Assembly (NCBI GenBank): GCA_017622825.1
Contig: JAGAQK010000040.1
Coordinates: forward strand, 1 to 39,566
Direction of reading: 5' to 3'
From: Clostridia bacterium
Lineage (GTDB): Bacteria > Bacillota > Clostridia > UBA1212 > UBA1255
Length of the DNA stretch: 39,566 nucleotides
Shown: one piece after another, positions 17,373 through 28,357 of the stretch
Layout of the letters: each line of letters begins with the position of its first letter
Position numbering within the stretch: the stretch's first letter is position 1
Program-made: the position numbers and the translations under genes
The notes under the pieces: generated by a model
Told to the model about the DNA's origin: nothing
Seen by the model: the letters and a program-made list of their open reading frames with translations, nothing else
Databases searched by the model: none

Positions 17373-17717
17373 TTATTGTTTTTTGTTGAGCTCGTCAATC
17401 TTCTTGTTCATGTATGCACCGTATTCAAGCGATTCATCCAAAACAAATGTCAACTCAGGCAATGATCTTATAATCATTTTTTGCCCCAAAGCTCTTCTTA
17501 TAAAGCCGCTTGAGCCTTTTAATGCCTCAATAGCAGCTTTTTTTTCTTCGTCACCTGCAAAAACACTGATATAAATTTTAGCATATTTTAAATCCTTTGC
17601 CAATTTTATATTTGTAATGCTGGTAACTAAGGGAATTCGCGGATCCTTAAGCTCGTTTTGAATAATGTCACTCAAAGCTCTGCGCATTTCCCCTGCTATT
17701 CGCTCTGTTCTATCCAT
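17373..17717 (-). CDS. rbfA: Ribosome-binding factor A
   Basis: [38 protein letters not shown]. It lies immediately downstream of infB with an 8-nt overlap. Confidence 0.9.
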   Translation of the reverse strand: MDRTERIAGEMRRALSDIIQNELKDPRIPLVTSITNIKLAKDLKYAKIYISVFAGDEEKKAAIEALKGSSGFIRRALGQKMIIRSLPELTFVLDESLEYGAYMNKKIDELNKKQ

Positions 17718-20700
17718 TCCTTTTAACCTCTTCCATTATATAACATTCAACGTTATCGCCTTCTTTGATGTCATTGAACTTTTCAAAGGAAAGACCGCAC
17801 TCAAAGCCTTGCTGTACTTCTTTCACGTCGTCTTTAAACCTCTTCAAAGAAGCAAGTTTTCCTTCAAATACAACGATACCGTCACGTACAATGCGCGCCT
17901 CGGAATTTCTCACTATTTTACCGTTTGTTACGTAACATCCTGCGATAGTACCAACACCTGAAACCTTAAATGTTTGACGTACTTCCACATGACCTATAAC
18001 GCTTTCCTTAAACTCAGGAGCAAGCATACCTATCATAGCGGCCTTAACGTCTTCGATGGCATCATAAATAACTCTGTAAGTTCTTATATCAACGCCCTCG
18101 CTCTCTGCGTGTTCTGCAACGTTTGCGCCGGGACGCACGTTAAATCCTATGATAATAGCATTTGAAACTGACGCAAGCTGTACGTCTGATTCTGTTATAC
18201 CACCAACAGCGCCATGTATGATTTTTACTCTTACTTCGTCTGTGCTGAGTTTAACGAGTGACTGCTTAACGGCCTCAACGCTACCCATAACGTCTGCTTT
18301 TACTATGATATTAAGGTCTTGAACGTTACCTTCCTGTATCTGTGCGAACAAATCATCAAGTGATACCTTACTGTGTGACTGCATTGTCTTTTCACGCAAT
18401 TCGCTGCGGCGAGTGTCCACAAGGTGCTTTGCAACTTTTTCGTCCTTAACCGCATAGAAAAGCTCGCCTGCCTCAGGAACTTCTGGAAGACCCGTAATCT
18501 CGATAGGTGTAGAAGGCGTTGCCTTTTTAATAGTATTGCCTCTGTCGTCTGTCATCGTACGGATTCTGCCAAACGTTGTACCTGATACGATAGCATCGCC
18601 TGCTTTAAGCGTACCTCTTTGTACGAGAAGCGTTGCAACAGGACCTTTATTTTTGTCAAGCTTTGCTTCAATAATCGTACCTTTTGCGAGACGCTCGGGG
18701 CTTGCCTTAAGCTGCAAAATGTCTGCTGAGAGCAATACCGTTTCAAGCAAAAGCTCAATATTCTCGCCTGTTTTTGCCGATACGGGCACGAAAGGAACAT
18801 CTCCGCCCCATGCCTCTGTTACAATATCGTGTTCGGCAAGCTCTTGCATTACTCTGTCGATATTTGTGCCCGGCTTATCTATTTTGTTCACTGCAACTAC
18901 AATTGATACGTTAGCTGCTTTTGCGTGATTTATAGCTTCTACAGTCTGGGGCATTACACCGTCGTCTGCTGCTACAACGATAATGGCAACGTCTGTAACC
19001 TGTGCACCTCTTGCTCTCATTGCAGTAAACGCCTCGTGTCCGGGTGTGTCCAGGAAAGTGATTTTACGGTCGTTTATTCTTACCATGTAAGCACCGATGT
19101 GCTGCGTAATACCGCCGGCCTCTCCCGATGTAACGCTTGTTTTTCTGATAGCATCGAGAAGTGATGTTTTACCGTGGTCAACGTGACCCATTACAACAAC
19201 TACAGGAGGACGATCTACGGCAGTTTCGTCATTTTCAACGTCAATCTGGTCATCCTCAAAGAGAATATCCTCGTCCGTTATAACAACTTCCTGCTCTGCT
19301 GTAATATTGAATTCACTTGCAATCAACGCCGCAGTATCAAAGTCAATAACCTGATTCTGATTTGCCATAACGCCCATAAGCATAAGCTTCTTTATAACGT
19401 CTGCGGAAGTTTTCTTTATCTTCTCTGCAAATTCCTTTACTGTCATTGATTCAGGCAACGTAACGTTCGTAAGCACAGCAATTACAGGCTGATTTTTCTG
19501 ATTCTGCGCCACAAATTCCTTTGCTTTCTTCATCATGTCCTTCTTGCCCTTTGAAGCTTTCTTGGACATATTGTGGTCCATATCGTATCCAACGCTGTAA
19601 TCGTCCGAATAAATCTCCGATACGCCCATTTTCTCGCCTACAAACTTCCTTGCCGACTTATATTTGTCTTTCTGGTTGTTTTGTGAGTTTTTGCCGGAAT
19701 CTTTTCTGCCGCCGCTGTCTTTCTTAGCGTACTTATCAGTTTCTCTTTCCTGCTGTTTGCCTGCCATTTTACCTGCATAATCTCTTTTTACTTCCTGTAC
19801 TGCAAGCACGGGATCAAGCGCAGGTATTGACATCTGACCTCTGTGAGCATCCCTGTTGTCGCGTCTGTCACGGTTATCACGGTTGTCACGGTTATCTCTA
19901 CCCTCGCGGCCGTCCTTCTTAAAAGGCTCCCTTTGCTCTTTTGCAGGCTGTTTTTGCGGGCGTTGCTCATTTTTTTGCGGCGCTGCAGTAAATATTTCTA
20001 TCTCCTCAACGGGCTCTGTATTCTTAAGTTCAATCGTAATAACCTCAGAATACTCATACTGCTTAAACACAAACCTACCTGTCTGCTCTTTGCTTTCTGC
20101 AGGCTTTTCCTCAACAACCTCAACGGTTGGTTTAACTTCCTCAGCAATTTTTTCTTCGTGTACTTCGGGAGCAGCCGGCTCAGTAGCCACTGCCTCAGGT
20201 GCGAGCTTTTGCGGCTCAGCTTCTTTAGGCTCAATGTCCTCTTTTTTTACTCTCTTGACACGTCTTACTGTCGGCTCTGTTTTTGCAGGCTGTGCAGACG
20301 GAACGCTTGCTTTCTCCGAAGCTTCCTTGCTTTCTTTTTTATCAGCCGCATAAAAGTCGTCATTGGACTCTGTTCTCACTGTATATCCCGAACGAAGACC
20401 CGAACCTGCTTCTCTGCTCTGTTTTTGTGGTTTCTTTCCACCATTGTTGTTTGAATCATAATCAGAATCATTACTACTGTTATCGACAATAATTCTTCTG
20501 ACAATTACTCCCGATGATTTTCCCTGTGTCTGCTGTTCCTTTTGTGCTGCAATTTTCTTTGCTGCACTGTCATCTGCCGAACTCTCTGCTTTCTTAGAAG
20601 AATTTGCTCCCATGTGCTCATAGAATTTATGCACTTCTTCTTCGGATAAAACGCTCATATAACTTTTATCCTTTATCCCCATTTCATTCAGCATTTCCAA

Positions 20701-20763
20701 TACTCTTTTATTAGTAGAATTAAGCTGTTTTGCAAGCTCATGTACTCTGATTTTATTTTCCAA
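17710..20763 (-). CDS. infB: Translation initiation factor IF-2
   Basis: The N-terminus reads (M)[14 protein letters not shown]-domain motifs are [17 protein letters not shown] and NKID. The TTG start at 20763 is 8 nt after AGGAGG; the longer ORF-track start at 20823 lies inside ylxR. The N-terminal low-complexity region is very long. Confidence 0.9.
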   Translation of the reverse strand: MENKIRVHELAKQLNSTNKRVLEMLNEMGIKDKSYMSVLSEEEVHKFYEHMGANSSKKAESSADDSAAKKIAAQKEQQTQGKSSGVIVRRIIVDNSSNDSDYDSNNNGGKKPQKQSREAGSGLRSGYTVRTESNDDFYAADKKESKEASEKASVPSAQPAKTEPTVRRVKRVKKEDIEPKEAEPQKLAPEAVATEPAAPEVHEEKIAEEVKPTVEVVEEKPAESKEQTGRFVFKQYEYSEVITIELKNTEPVEEIEIFTAAPQKNEQRPQKQPAKEQREPFKKDGREGRDNRDNRDNRDRRDNRDAHRGQMSIPALDPVLAVQEVKRDYAGKMAGKQQERETDKYAKKDSGGRKDSGKNSQNNQKDKYKSARKFVGEKMGVSEIYSDDYSVGYDMDHNMSKKASKGKKDMMKKAKEFVAQNQKNQPVIAVLTNVTLPESMTVKEFAEKIKKTSADVIKKLMLMGVMANQNQVIDFDTAALIASEFNITAEQEVVITDEDILFEDDQIDVENDETAVDRPPVVVVMGHVDHGKTSLLDAIRKTSVTSGEAGGITQHIGAYMVRINDRKITFLDTPGHEAFTAMRARGAQVTDVAIIVVAADDGVMPQTVEAINHAKAANVSIVVAVNKIDKPGTNIDRVMQELAEHDIVTEAWGGDVPFVPVSAKTGENIELLLETVLLSADILQLKASPERLAKGTIIEAKLDKNKGPVATLLVQRGTLKAGDAIVSGTTFGRIRTMTDDRGNTIKKATPSTPIEITGLPEVPEAGELFYAVKDEKVAKHLVDTRRSELREKTMQSHSKVSLDDLFAQIQEGNVQDLNIIVKADVMGSVEAVKQSLVKLSTDEVRVKIIHGAVGGITESDVQLASVSNAIIIGFNVRPGANVAEHAESEGVDIRTYRVIYDAIEDVKAAMIGMLAPEFKESVIGHVEVRQTFKVSGVGTIAGCYVTNGKIVRNSEARIVRDGIVVFEGKLASLKRFKDDVKEVQQGFECGLSFEKFNDIKEGDNVECYIMEEVKRNG

Positions 20764-21076
20764 CAGCGCCACCTCCTGATTTGCTGCTATCAGCCTCTCC
20801 GCAACTGCCGCAATTCTCAGCAAACTGCTTTTTTAGGCTGTCATACGTCTCTTTTAATACTTCGATTTCAAACTCTTTGCTCAGTTTGTTTCCCTTTACT
20901 ATTTTATCCAAGCACTCCGGATTGTTACACACGTATGCACCTCTGCCATTCTGTTTTCCGGTAAAATCCAGAACAATACCGCCGTCGGTTTTTTTGACTA
21001 TGCGTAAAAGTTCCTTCTTCGGCTTAGATTCATAGCACCCGATACACCTTCGCATTGGTACTTTCTTTTGTTTCAA
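20753..21076 (-). CDS. ylxR: YlxR/RnpM (DUF448) family RNA-binding protein
   Basis: Motifs PMRRCIGC and GRGAYVC, in the position between nusA and infB. The TTG start is 9 nt after AGGAG. Confidence 0.8.
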   Translation of the reverse strand: MKQKKVPMRRCIGCYESKPKKELLRIVKKTDGGIVLDFTGKQNGRGAYVCNNPECLDKIVKGNKLSKEFEIEVLKETYDSLKKQFAENCGSCGEADSSKSGGGAVGK

Positions 21077-21099
21077 AGTGCTTCACTCCTTTATACAGC

Positions 21100-22281
21100 T
21101 TAAAGAAGATTAGGGTCAAACTCACCGTTCTCGTCGTACGGATTAATTGCTTTCTCAGCATCTTCCGCTGTGCTTGCTTCTGCATCATCGCTGAAAAGTT
21201 CCTCTTCAACGCTTGCACGAATCTGAGCCTCACTCTTAATGTCGATTTTCCAGCTTGTAAGCTTTGCAGCAAGACGAACATTCTGTCCTTCTCTGCCTAT
21301 TGCCAACGAAAGCTGACTATCAGGCACAATAGCTGTTGCCGACTTATCTTCCTCATTTATGAATACTCTCAATGCCTTTGCAGGGCTCAAGCTGCTTGCA
21401 ATCAAATCATCAGCATACGGGCTCCACTTAATAATGTCAATTCTCTCTCCTCTGAGCTCATCAACGATTACTTGCACTCTCATACCCTTCTGACCTACGC
21501 AAGCACCTACCGGCTCAACGTTCTCATCTTTGGAGTATACGGAAATTTTCGTTCTCGAGCCGGGCTCTCTTGCAATATTCATTATCTCAACAGTACCGTC
21601 GTGAATTTCGGGAACCTCAAGCTCAAAGAGTCTCTTAACGAGATTAGGATGGCTTCTTGAAATCATAACGCACGGTTCTTTACTCTTGAAACCTTTATCT
21701 TTTACTTCGAGTACGTAAGCTTTAATCCTGTCATATACTCTGTACTGCTCGGTTTCAACTTGCTCTGCCGGCAAAAGAATACCTTCAATCTGTCCCAGGT
21801 CAACGTGAATAATACGCTCTTTCTTACCTTCCTTTGTATCGCGTATTTCAATTCTCTGTATTGTTCCCGTAACAACGTCTTTTTCTTTTGCACGGAATTG
21901 ATCATATACTCTCGTTCTTTCTTCTTCTCTGAGTTTTTGTATAATAATCTGCGTTGCTTTTTGTGCTGCAAGACGACCGAAATTCTTAGGTGTGATTTCA
22001 AACTCTGCGAGGTCGCCTATTTCAAACTCGGGGTCAATTTCCCTTGCTTCTTCCAAAGAAAGCTCTGCTGTGTCATTTTCTACAACTTCAACTACTTCTT
22101 TTTGTGCGTATACTTTAATCTCGCCTGTCTCGCGGTTAAACTCTACTCTTGTATTTGTCTCCGTCTCAGATTTACCGTAAGAAGCATTAAGAGCCGCTTC
22201 TATTGCTGAAATAATGACTTCTTTATCTATTCCTTTTTCCTTTTCAAGCTCTTCAAGAGCCAACAAAACTTCTGCACTCAT
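21100..22281 (-). CDS. nusA: Transcription termination/antitermination factor NusA
   Basis: N-terminal domain plus S1 plus two KH domains (VGACVGQKGMRVQVIVDELRGERIDII; AIGREGQNVRLAAKLTSWKIDI). Confidence 0.93.
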   Translation of the reverse strand: MSAEVLLALEELEKEKGIDKEVIISAIEAALNASYGKSETETNTRVEFNRETGEIKVYAQKEVVEVVENDTAELSLEEAREIDPEFEIGDLAEFEITPKNFGRLAAQKATQIIIQKLREEERTRVYDQFRAKEKDVVTGTIQRIEIRDTKEGKKERIIHVDLGQIEGILLPAEQVETEQYRVYDRIKAYVLEVKDKGFKSKEPCVMISRSHPNLVKRLFELEVPEIHDGTVEIMNIAREPGSRTKISVYSKDENVEPVGACVGQKGMRVQVIVDELRGERIDIIKWSPYADDLIASSLSPAKALRVFINEEDKSATAIVPDSQLSLAIGREGQNVRLAAKLTSWKIDIKSEAQIRASVEEELFSDDAEASTAEDAEKAINPYDENGEFDPNLL

Positions 22282-22301
22282 TTTTTGTAATTACCTCCAT
22301 T

Positions 22302-22778
22302 TTAATTCCAAATAATCGTTCTTTTTACCAACGATACTTCCTTAACTCCGAAACGGCGCTCCGTAGTTTTTCCTTTGCCTGCGTCCTCAGTAATAATAAT
22401 CTCTGAGTTTTCTCTGCCCACAAGCTTTCCAATAAAAATCTTACTGTTTTCAACGGGCACATAAAGATGAACCTCTACGTCTTCTCCTTTGTATCGTTGA
22501 AAATCCCTGTCTGTTTTAAGCGGTCTGTCTATTCCCGGAGATGAAACCTCGAAAATATACTTGCTTTTTATAATATCTTTCTCATCCAAAATATCGTTAA
22601 GCGCTTCACTTACAAGCTGGCAGTCATCAAGAGAAACGCCTCCTTGCTTATCAATATAAAGTCTGAGATACCAGTCAGAGCCTTCCTTAATGTATTCAAC
22701 TTCAATAAGTTCAATACCTGCATTAAGTCCCTCTATGATAGGTTCTGCGATTTCTTTTACAGCTTCTGCAATTTTCAC
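22302..22778 (-). CDS. rimP: Ribosome maturation factor RimP
   Basis: A 158-aa protein directly upstream of nusA, with LRLYID..GGVSLDDC and EVSSPGIDRPL. The GTG start is 8 nt after AGGAGG. Confidence 0.85.
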   Translation of the reverse strand: MKIAEAVKEIAEPIIEGLNAGIELIEVEYIKEGSDWYLRLYIDKQGGVSLDDCQLVSEALNDILDEKDIIKSKYIFEVSSPGIDRPLKTDRDFQRYKGEDVEVHLYVPVENSKIFIGKLVGRENSEIIITEDAGKGKTTERRFGVKEVSLVKRTIIWN

Positions 22779-22817
22779 AATTTACACCTCCTGAAATCAC
22801 CGTTTATGATGTTTTTA

Positions 22818-22849
22818 CTAAAGCAAAAGAGCGGGATAACCCGCTCTTT
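22818..22849 (-). terminator. Rho-independent terminator of the 1106-aa gene
   Basis: On the minus strand: AAAGAGCGGG-TTAT-CCCGCTCTTT followed by TGCTTT. The stem spans 22827-22849. Confidence 0.7.
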
Positions 22850-22931
22850 GCGTAAAATAACATCAAATTGCTTTATAATTATAAGAGACTTACACTATGA
22901 TGTCAAGAAGTTTTTCTTCCACTACATATTC

Positions 22932-25900
22932 TCACAATTTTACCTGCAACATGTTGTAGAAAGTCCAATGTGACTGTCTGTTTGTTCCTACCTGTGAACC
23001 CACATCCGTGAGAAGCGAAGCATAAATTGCATCTGCCGTGTAATTTCCGGCGCTCTTTGTAAGTACTCTTGAAAGCTCTGAGGAACTTCCCAAATACCTT
23101 ATATTTACACAAAGTGCAAGTGCTTTTACTTCTTTAACTCCGAGGTTATATGCTTCAGCCACGTATTGCGCTATCGTCTGCTTAAGCGCCGCTTCACCAA
23201 TGCTGTTGCAACTTGTGTTGGTAGCGCAAAGGCTTTCGTAGATTGCCTTAATCTGTGCATCCGACAAAACGCTGCCGGTAGCCACGGCGGGCACCTCATA
23301 TTCCGCAGCACCTTTATTCGCAATATTAAATAAATATGCGTCAGACGTAACGTCGAATGTGCCAAGCTGAATGTTTGTGCCGGATGTTCCTGCAACCAAA
23401 TCTTCCGCACCTGCTGCTCTTAAAATATATTTGCCTTCTTTACAATGTATAAACCATTTCTGAGAAGTATATTGTTCTGCAAACACTGCCACATCCTCGC
23501 CGATTGCAACATTACCTGTAATGCCGAGACAATATCTGTTTTTCAAATTTGTTATTTTATAGCTGCCGTCTTCTTGCAAAATGAAGTAGAAGAGTTGCTT
23601 CTTTGAATTAGCGTCGGCGTTTTCTGTTACTGCATCAATACCGTTAAACGAAACGCCCTTATTGCCGCTGCTTGTCGTTATGTGTCCTATAAAATCAGTA
23701 CCGATATTTTCTGCTTTTGAAAGGTTGAGATATTCGCCTTTATAAATCGAAAATCTCTGCGCCGTTGTGTCATTCTTTGTATAAATTCCTATGTTCGTAC
23801 CGTTTGCCGTCAATGCTCCGTTAACGTCCATCGCACAACCCCTTGCGCACGCCGGGCGAAGCTCATAATAGCCATCGCTTTCGTACAAGAACCACAATTG
23901 TCCGGTTGAGCCATCTGCGGCAGCAAGGCCGATGTTTGTACCTGATGCATTTAAGCTGCCTTCTACTGTAAGAAGATAACCGTTACTCTGATTTTTGATT
24001 TTATAGCTGCCGTCTGACTGTTTTTCAAAGTACCATACTTGAGATGATATGTTGTTTATGTCATTAAGTACGATATTTGTTCCGGAAACAGAAGCGCCTT
24101 TTGATGTATTAAGCTTTGAAAGAATCTGCGCATAGAAGCCTGTACCAATGTCAGAGGGTGGTGTATTGTCAACTACCTCAGTAATTTCAAACTTAAATAT
24201 CTGTGTTTCTGAATGTGTGCAAATGTTATTCTGTATAGCTGTGCTTGCCGTAGGCGACGAGCTTGCTACAGTAAGTACACAAGCAGGTGTAGCGGCAGAG
24301 CGCAATATATATCCCTTAACTGCACCGGAATAATCAATTTTCTCGTAAATATTCCAACGCTGTTTTAAACTGTTATCGTCTGTAGCAGAAATTTGCACTG
24401 ATGCACCTGAAGTTTTCGTGCCATTTGCTACTTCGAGAACATAATTATTCTTTGTATTTATTATCTTATAGCTACCGTCAGACTGCTTTTGGAAATGCCA
24501 TACCTGAGCTGCCGCTGTACTTGGTGTATACGCTATTACCGACGTACCCGTAAGTGAAAAATTCAGCGATGCATTTGTAAGCTGTATACGCGCATAAAAT
24601 TCATCATGAAGTCCCGTTGCCGTAGAGTCCGACGTAAGTCTTAAAGACTCATCTTTGAATGCTCCGAAGGAAGCAAAATGATTCATTGCATCCAAACGTT
24701 TTGAGTGCTTTGTTTCATCTGATGCATTACTGTCAAAGCCGAATGCTGCTTTTAAATCTCCATTAAAATTAATATATTCATCAATCGAAAACAAATTGCT
24801 GGCCTGTCTGCCTTCTTTTATACCAAACTCTATAAAATGCTTAAGAAGTGCTTCAGGATCCTTGCCTTTTGCTGATTGGAGATCCTTATTATGGTAATAG
24901 TAATACTCTGCATCAAAAGCAGTTCCTTTTATTGAAGAAGGAAGTGTAGAGTTTCCTACGTCATAAACTATGGCGCATGAGTTCCAAGTGGACCTGATAG
25001 TTCCATCAGAATAGCATGCTCTTTCAATATACTGACCATCTTCAAGTGTAACCATGGTGGTAGAACCGCCACCGTCAAGGAGAAGACATGTGTTATATCC
25101 GACTGCACTACAGAAATTGGCAATCTGTGTTCTGAAATTAAGTCCCACGTAATTACCGTTTGTATCTGAAGTAACCATGGTCATCATTATAGTGCCGTCT
25201 GACTTGTAACCAAGAATATTTGTAGGATACTGACCTGTTGATGAGCCTGACAAAGTGTTATTAATAGAGCCGTTCTTCATAACAAGGCACTGGCCGCCTA
25301 TCGCTTCTTCGCACTTGTCCCATTTTGTATTATTACCCATAGAGTCATAAATAGAAGTGCTAATCGAGACTGTATTACCCACACTGAATCTACCGCTTAA
25401 AGTAGATACTTTATTTCCTCTTGCAGTAATAATAATTGTGTTATCGTCCATTGATGCACGGCTTGATGTTCCGCTCGGATAAATGCCCACAACAGTTCCC
25501 GTAATGCTACCCTCTACAGGAAAACGCGTAGAAGAAGCTTGAATTGCTATTTCATATGAATCCTTATTAGCAAAGTTACTTGTTGACAACCTGTTATTAA
25601 AAACAACAATCGTATTTGAAACCGGGGCTCTGTTTATTCCCGTTGCAGAAAAAGATGATCCTGTAGATACATTTTTTACTGTTGTAGTAATCGTAGGCTT
25701 ACCCATTACAACTTCTCTGTCTGTAGTTACACCGAAAGTATAAAAATCGGCGTCTTGTTCTGCCGAAGTCATTTGGCTGCAAAGTATCTCACCATCTGTA
25801 ATTAAAGAACTGAAGGATACTCTGTAATTCTTCGAAACGCTGGCGCCAATGTCATTTGCCCACGTCATCCAGTCTCCGTTTACGGCAGCAAGTATTTCTT

Positions 25901-26252
25901 TACCGTCTTCATCATACCCTGCTACCACTTGTGGAAGAGGTGCTGAGCTGTTCAAATACGGACCATTGTTTATTGTTTCAAATCCTATTGCATTGTTTGC
26001 AGCAAGATTTGCCTCTACAATATTAATTTTCCTGTTAGCACCCCATCCGGCTGAACCGCCGCTTCCCAAGTGAACGTACGTATAGTCAACGCCCGTATCA
26101 ACACCGTTGTACATAATGTCAGTCGTTGTATTCACGTCTTGTCCCGTAAATGAGTATGCATCTGCTTCCATAACGCCTTTGTAAGATATTCCCACTGTCA
26201 GCATTAATACCGCAACAAAAACGATAATTCCTTTAGAAACAATCTTTTTCAT
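22932..26252 (-). CDS. Secreted modular protein of 1106 aa. Domains in order: phosphodiester-glycosidase-like (NAGPA/DUF2233-type) head, two ~35-aa helical repeats, three ricin-type beta-trefoil (CBM13-like) modules, and an unassigned C-terminal domain of about 150 aa.
   Basis: Signal peptide MKKIVSKGIIVFVAVLMLTVG..EADA/YSF. Head motifs are AIGGQCLVMKNG and LLLDGGGSTTMV. The helical repeats read FDAEYYYYHNKDL..HFIEFGIKEGRQAS. Repeated QxW motifs are present (QVWHF, QRWNIY, QVWYF, QLWFLY, QRFSIY, QKWFIH). Confidence 0.7.
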   Translation of the reverse strand: MKKIVSKGIIVFVAVLMLTVGISYKGVMEADAYSFTGQDVNTTTDIMYNGVDTGVDYTYVHLGSGGSAGWGANRKINIVEANLAANNAIGFETINNGPYLNSSAPLPQVVAGYDEDGKEILAAVNGDWMTWANDIGASVSKNYRVSFSSLITDGEILCSQMTSAEQDADFYTFGVTTDREVVMGKPTITTTVKNVSTGSSFSATGINRAPVSNTIVVFNNRLSTSNFANKDSYEIAIQASSTRFPVEGSITGTVVGIYPSGTSSRASMDDNTIIITARGNKVSTLSGRFSVGNTVSISTSIYDSMGNNTKWDKCEEAIGGQCLVMKNGSINNTLSGSSTGQYPTNILGYKSDGTIMMTMVTSDTNGNYVGLNFRTQIANFCSAVGYNTCLLLDGGGSTTMVTLEDGQYIERACYSDGTIRSTWNSCAIVYDVGNSTLPSSIKGTAFDAEYYYYHNKDLQSAKGKDPEALLKHFIEFGIKEGRQASNLFSIDEYINFNGDLKAAFGFDSNASDETKHSKRLDAMNHFASFGAFKDESLRLTSDSTATGLHDEFYARIQLTNASLNFSLTGTSVIAYTPSTAAAQVWHFQKQSDGSYKIINTKNNYVLEVANGTKTSGASVQISATDDNSLKQRWNIYEKIDYSGAVKGYILRSAATPACVLTVASSSPTASTAIQNNICTHSETQIFKFEITEVVDNTPPSDIGTGFYAQILSKLNTSKGASVSGTNIVLNDINNISSQVWYFEKQSDGSYKIKNQSNGYLLTVEGSLNASGTNIGLAAADGSTGQLWFLYESDGYYELRPACARGCAMDVNGALTANGTNIGIYTKNDTTAQRFSIYKGEYLNLSKAENIGTDFIGHITTSSGNKGVSFNGIDAVTENADANSKKQLFYFILQEDGSYKITNLKNRYCLGITGNVAIGEDVAVFAEQYTSQKWFIHCKEGKYILRAAGAEDLVAGTSGTNIQLGTFDVTSDAYLFNIANKGAAEYEVPAVATGSVLSDAQIKAIYESLCATNTSCNSIGEAALKQTIAQYVAEAYNLGVKEVKALALCVNIRYLGSSSELSRVLTKSAGNYTADAIYASLLTDVGSQVGTNRQSHWTFYNMLQVKL

Positions 26253-26318
26253 ATGCCAAAATCATCTCCTATTAAGTCTCTTTTTAGATTTCTTTTCTAA
26301 CAAAAATATAATGTGTTT

Positions 26319-26347
26319 AGATTAAACTATTTAGCATCAAAAGTCAA
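26319..26347 (-). promoter_or_regulatory. Candidate SigA promoter for the 1106-aa gene (TTGACT, 17-nt spacer, TAATCT)
   Basis: Reading the reverse complement gives TTGACT at 26347-26342 and TAATCT at 26324-26319, with a 17-nt spacer. Confidence 0.4.
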
Positions 26348-26370
26348 TAAAGCAATCGTATTTTTTACTG

Positions 26371-26399
26371 TTGAAACAAAACAAATTACATTATATAAT
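26371..26399 (+). promoter_or_regulatory. SigA promoter for the GH127 gene (TTGAAA, 17-nt spacer, TATAAT)
   Basis: TTGAAA at 26371-26376 and TATAAT at 26394-26399, with exactly a 17-nt spacer. It lies 58 nt upstream of the ATG. Confidence 0.6.
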
Positions 26400-26456
26400 G
26401 ATTGACAATATTGGTCGCAAGCCAAAATCACACAACTTTACAGGAGCGTTATTTAT

Positions 26457-28298
26457 ATGAGTAATTATACCAATATTTCTTTTGACAAAGTAAAATTCAC
26501 AGGCGGATACTGGAAAAAGCGATATGAATTAAATCGTGATATCAGTGTTAAAAGCGTGCGAAACAGATTTGAAGAAACAGGTCGCTTTGAGGCACTTCGA
26601 TATACGTACAGTGAAGGAAAGCTTCGACCGCATGTATATTTCGATTCTGATGTAGCCAAATGGATTGAAGCTGTTGCATATCTTATTAAATCAGGTAATA
26701 AATGTGAAGAAGAAAAAAAGCTTTGCGAGGAGCTTATTGCTTCAATGGAAAAGCACCAAAGGGATGACGGATATCTCAATTCATATTTTCAGCAAATCGA
26801 TCCCGAGAACATATTCACACGACGCGGAGATCACGAATTATACTGTGCCGGCCATCTTTTGGAAGCAGCAATCGCGTATGACGATGCCACAAATGATCCG
26901 AGATTCTTAAACGTCATGAAGCGCTATATGGACTGCATCGAGAAAGCCTTTATTATTGATAAAACGGCAAAGTTTTCTACTCCGGGACATGAGGAAATTG
27001 AGCTTGCCCTTTTAAAAATGTATGAATATACTCAAGATAAAAAATATCTTGATATGGCTATGTTCTTTATTGATTCAAGAGGCACCACAGACGAGCCGAT
27101 TCTTAAAATTTTAGATAAAGCATACGACCAAAACGATACTCCTTTAAGAGAAGTAACAGAAGCTGTAGGTCACGCCGTAAGAGCCGGTTACATTTACACT
27201 GCAATGGCAGAAGCAGGCAGATTGGCTGATGACAAAGAGCTTGCTGATGCAGCTAAAAGAATTTATGACAACATCATAACGAGCAGAATGTATATAACAG
27301 GCGGTATCGGTGCTTCACCCAAAGGCGAGGCATTTACAGTAAGATACGATTTGCCAAATCTTGAAGCTTATTCAGAAAGCTGCGCCGCGATTTCAATGTT
27401 ATTTTACTCTTTGGGTATGCAAAAATATGGTCTTGATGCAAAATATCCTGCTATCATTGAAAGATTACTCTATAACGGGCTTCCCGTTTCAACAGCATTG
27501 GACGGCAAATCCTTCTTCTATCAAAATCCTTTGGAGATTCACATGGCTTCCGTTGATAAAGATGTAGCAATGGCACCTTCAAACAAGACACATTTACCGC
27601 CGCGCCACAGAGCGGAAGTTTTCGAATGCTCATGCTGCCCTCCCAACATCAACAGAACTTACGCACGCATCGGCGACTTCTTCTTGGCAGAGTACGAAAA
27701 TACGCTCGTTATCAATCAGTATGCCGCTATGACTGCAGTTACAGACAAAGCCAATATTACTGTTGACACTGTATATCCGGTAGACGGCAAAGTAAATATT
27801 AGAATCAGCAACAATCAATACGACTCAATTTATTTGAGAAAACCCGAATGGTGCGATTCCTACACAATCAGTATTGATGCAACCGAAAAAGACGGCTATA
27901 TTATTATTAAAGGAGCCTCCGAGTTAGAATTTTCAATTGATTTCAATATGGAAATATACTTTGTCGAATCTCATCCTTCTATAAGAGGAAACAACGGTCT
28001 CGTTGCTTTGTGTTATGGTCCTACCGTTTACTGTCTTGAAAGACTTGATAACGATTTTGATTTAGGTGCTGCAAGCCTTGATGTCAAAGAAGCATTAATC
28101 GCAGCCAAAAAGATTCCAACAGCAGAGTATGCACTCCCCGATATAGAAACGGACGGTTTCGTTGATGAGTATTTTAACGAGCTTTACAGAAAGGTTCGTC
28201 AGCTCAAAGCAGATAAAACAAAATTAAGATTCAGACCTTATTGGACTTTCGCAAACCGCGAAGAATGCGACATGAGAGTTTGGATAAGAAGAAAGTAA
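26457..28298 (+). CDS. Glycoside hydrolase family 127 (DUF1680; beta-L-arabinofuranosidase-type)
   Basis: N-terminal GGYWKKRYELN. An E-x-C motif (YSESCAAI) plus a CC-P-P-N motif (ECSCCPPNINR) match the Glu/Cys3 zinc site layout described for HypBA1-type GH127 enzymes. There is no signal peptide. Confidence 0.8.
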   Translation: MSNYTNISFDKVKFTGGYWKKRYELNRDISVKSVRNRFEETGRFEALRYTYSEGKLRPHVYFDSDVAKWIEAVAYLIKSGNKCEEEKKLCEELIASMEKHQRDDGYLNSYFQQIDPENIFTRRGDHELYCAGHLLEAAIAYDDATNDPRFLNVMKRYMDCIEKAFIIDKTAKFSTPGHEEIELALLKMYEYTQDKKYLDMAMFFIDSRGTTDEPILKILDKAYDQNDTPLREVTEAVGHAVRAGYIYTAMAEAGRLADDKELADAAKRIYDNIITSRMYITGGIGASPKGEAFTVRYDLPNLEAYSESCAAISMLFYSLGMQKYGLDAKYPAIIERLLYNGLPVSTALDGKSFFYQNPLEIHMASVDKDVAMAPSNKTHLPPRHRAEVFECSCCPPNINRTYARIGDFFLAEYENTLVINQYAAMTAVTDKANITVDTVYPVDGKVNIRISNNQYDSIYLRKPEWCDSYTISIDATEKDGYIIIKGASELEFSIDFNMEIYFVESHPSIRGNNGLVALCYGPTVYCLERLDNDFDLGAASLDVKEALIAAKKIPTAEYALPDIETDGFVDEYFNELYRKVRQLKADKTKLRFRPYWTFANREECDMRVWIRRK

Positions 28299-28315
28299 TT
28301 AAAACCACAAATTTT

Positions 28316-28347
28316 AAAGCCGGCGCTCAAATGCTCCGGCTTTTTTC
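28316..28347. terminator. Bidirectional terminator between convergent genes
   Basis: AAAGCCGG (28316-28323), a 12-nt loop, then CCGGCTTT (28336-28343), flanked by an A-run and a T-run. Confidence 0.6.
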
Positions 28348-28357
28348 TTTAGCAATA

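Noticed and set aside
19855-19900. 9-bp tandem repeats (gtcacggtt[a/g]t) within the long charged N-terminal region of infB
   Set aside because: They encode the [17 protein letters not shown] stretch of the low-complexity IF-2 N-terminal region. That region is known to be variable and expansion-prone, so this is not a separate element.
20753-20823. Apparent 71-nt overlap of infB with ylxR, and absence of an L7Ae-like ylxQ gene
   Set aside because: The overlap disappears when infB starts at the TTG at 20763, which has an AGGAGG RBS; only 11 nt of overlap remain. Absence of ylxQ is a common lineage variation and is not informative by itself.
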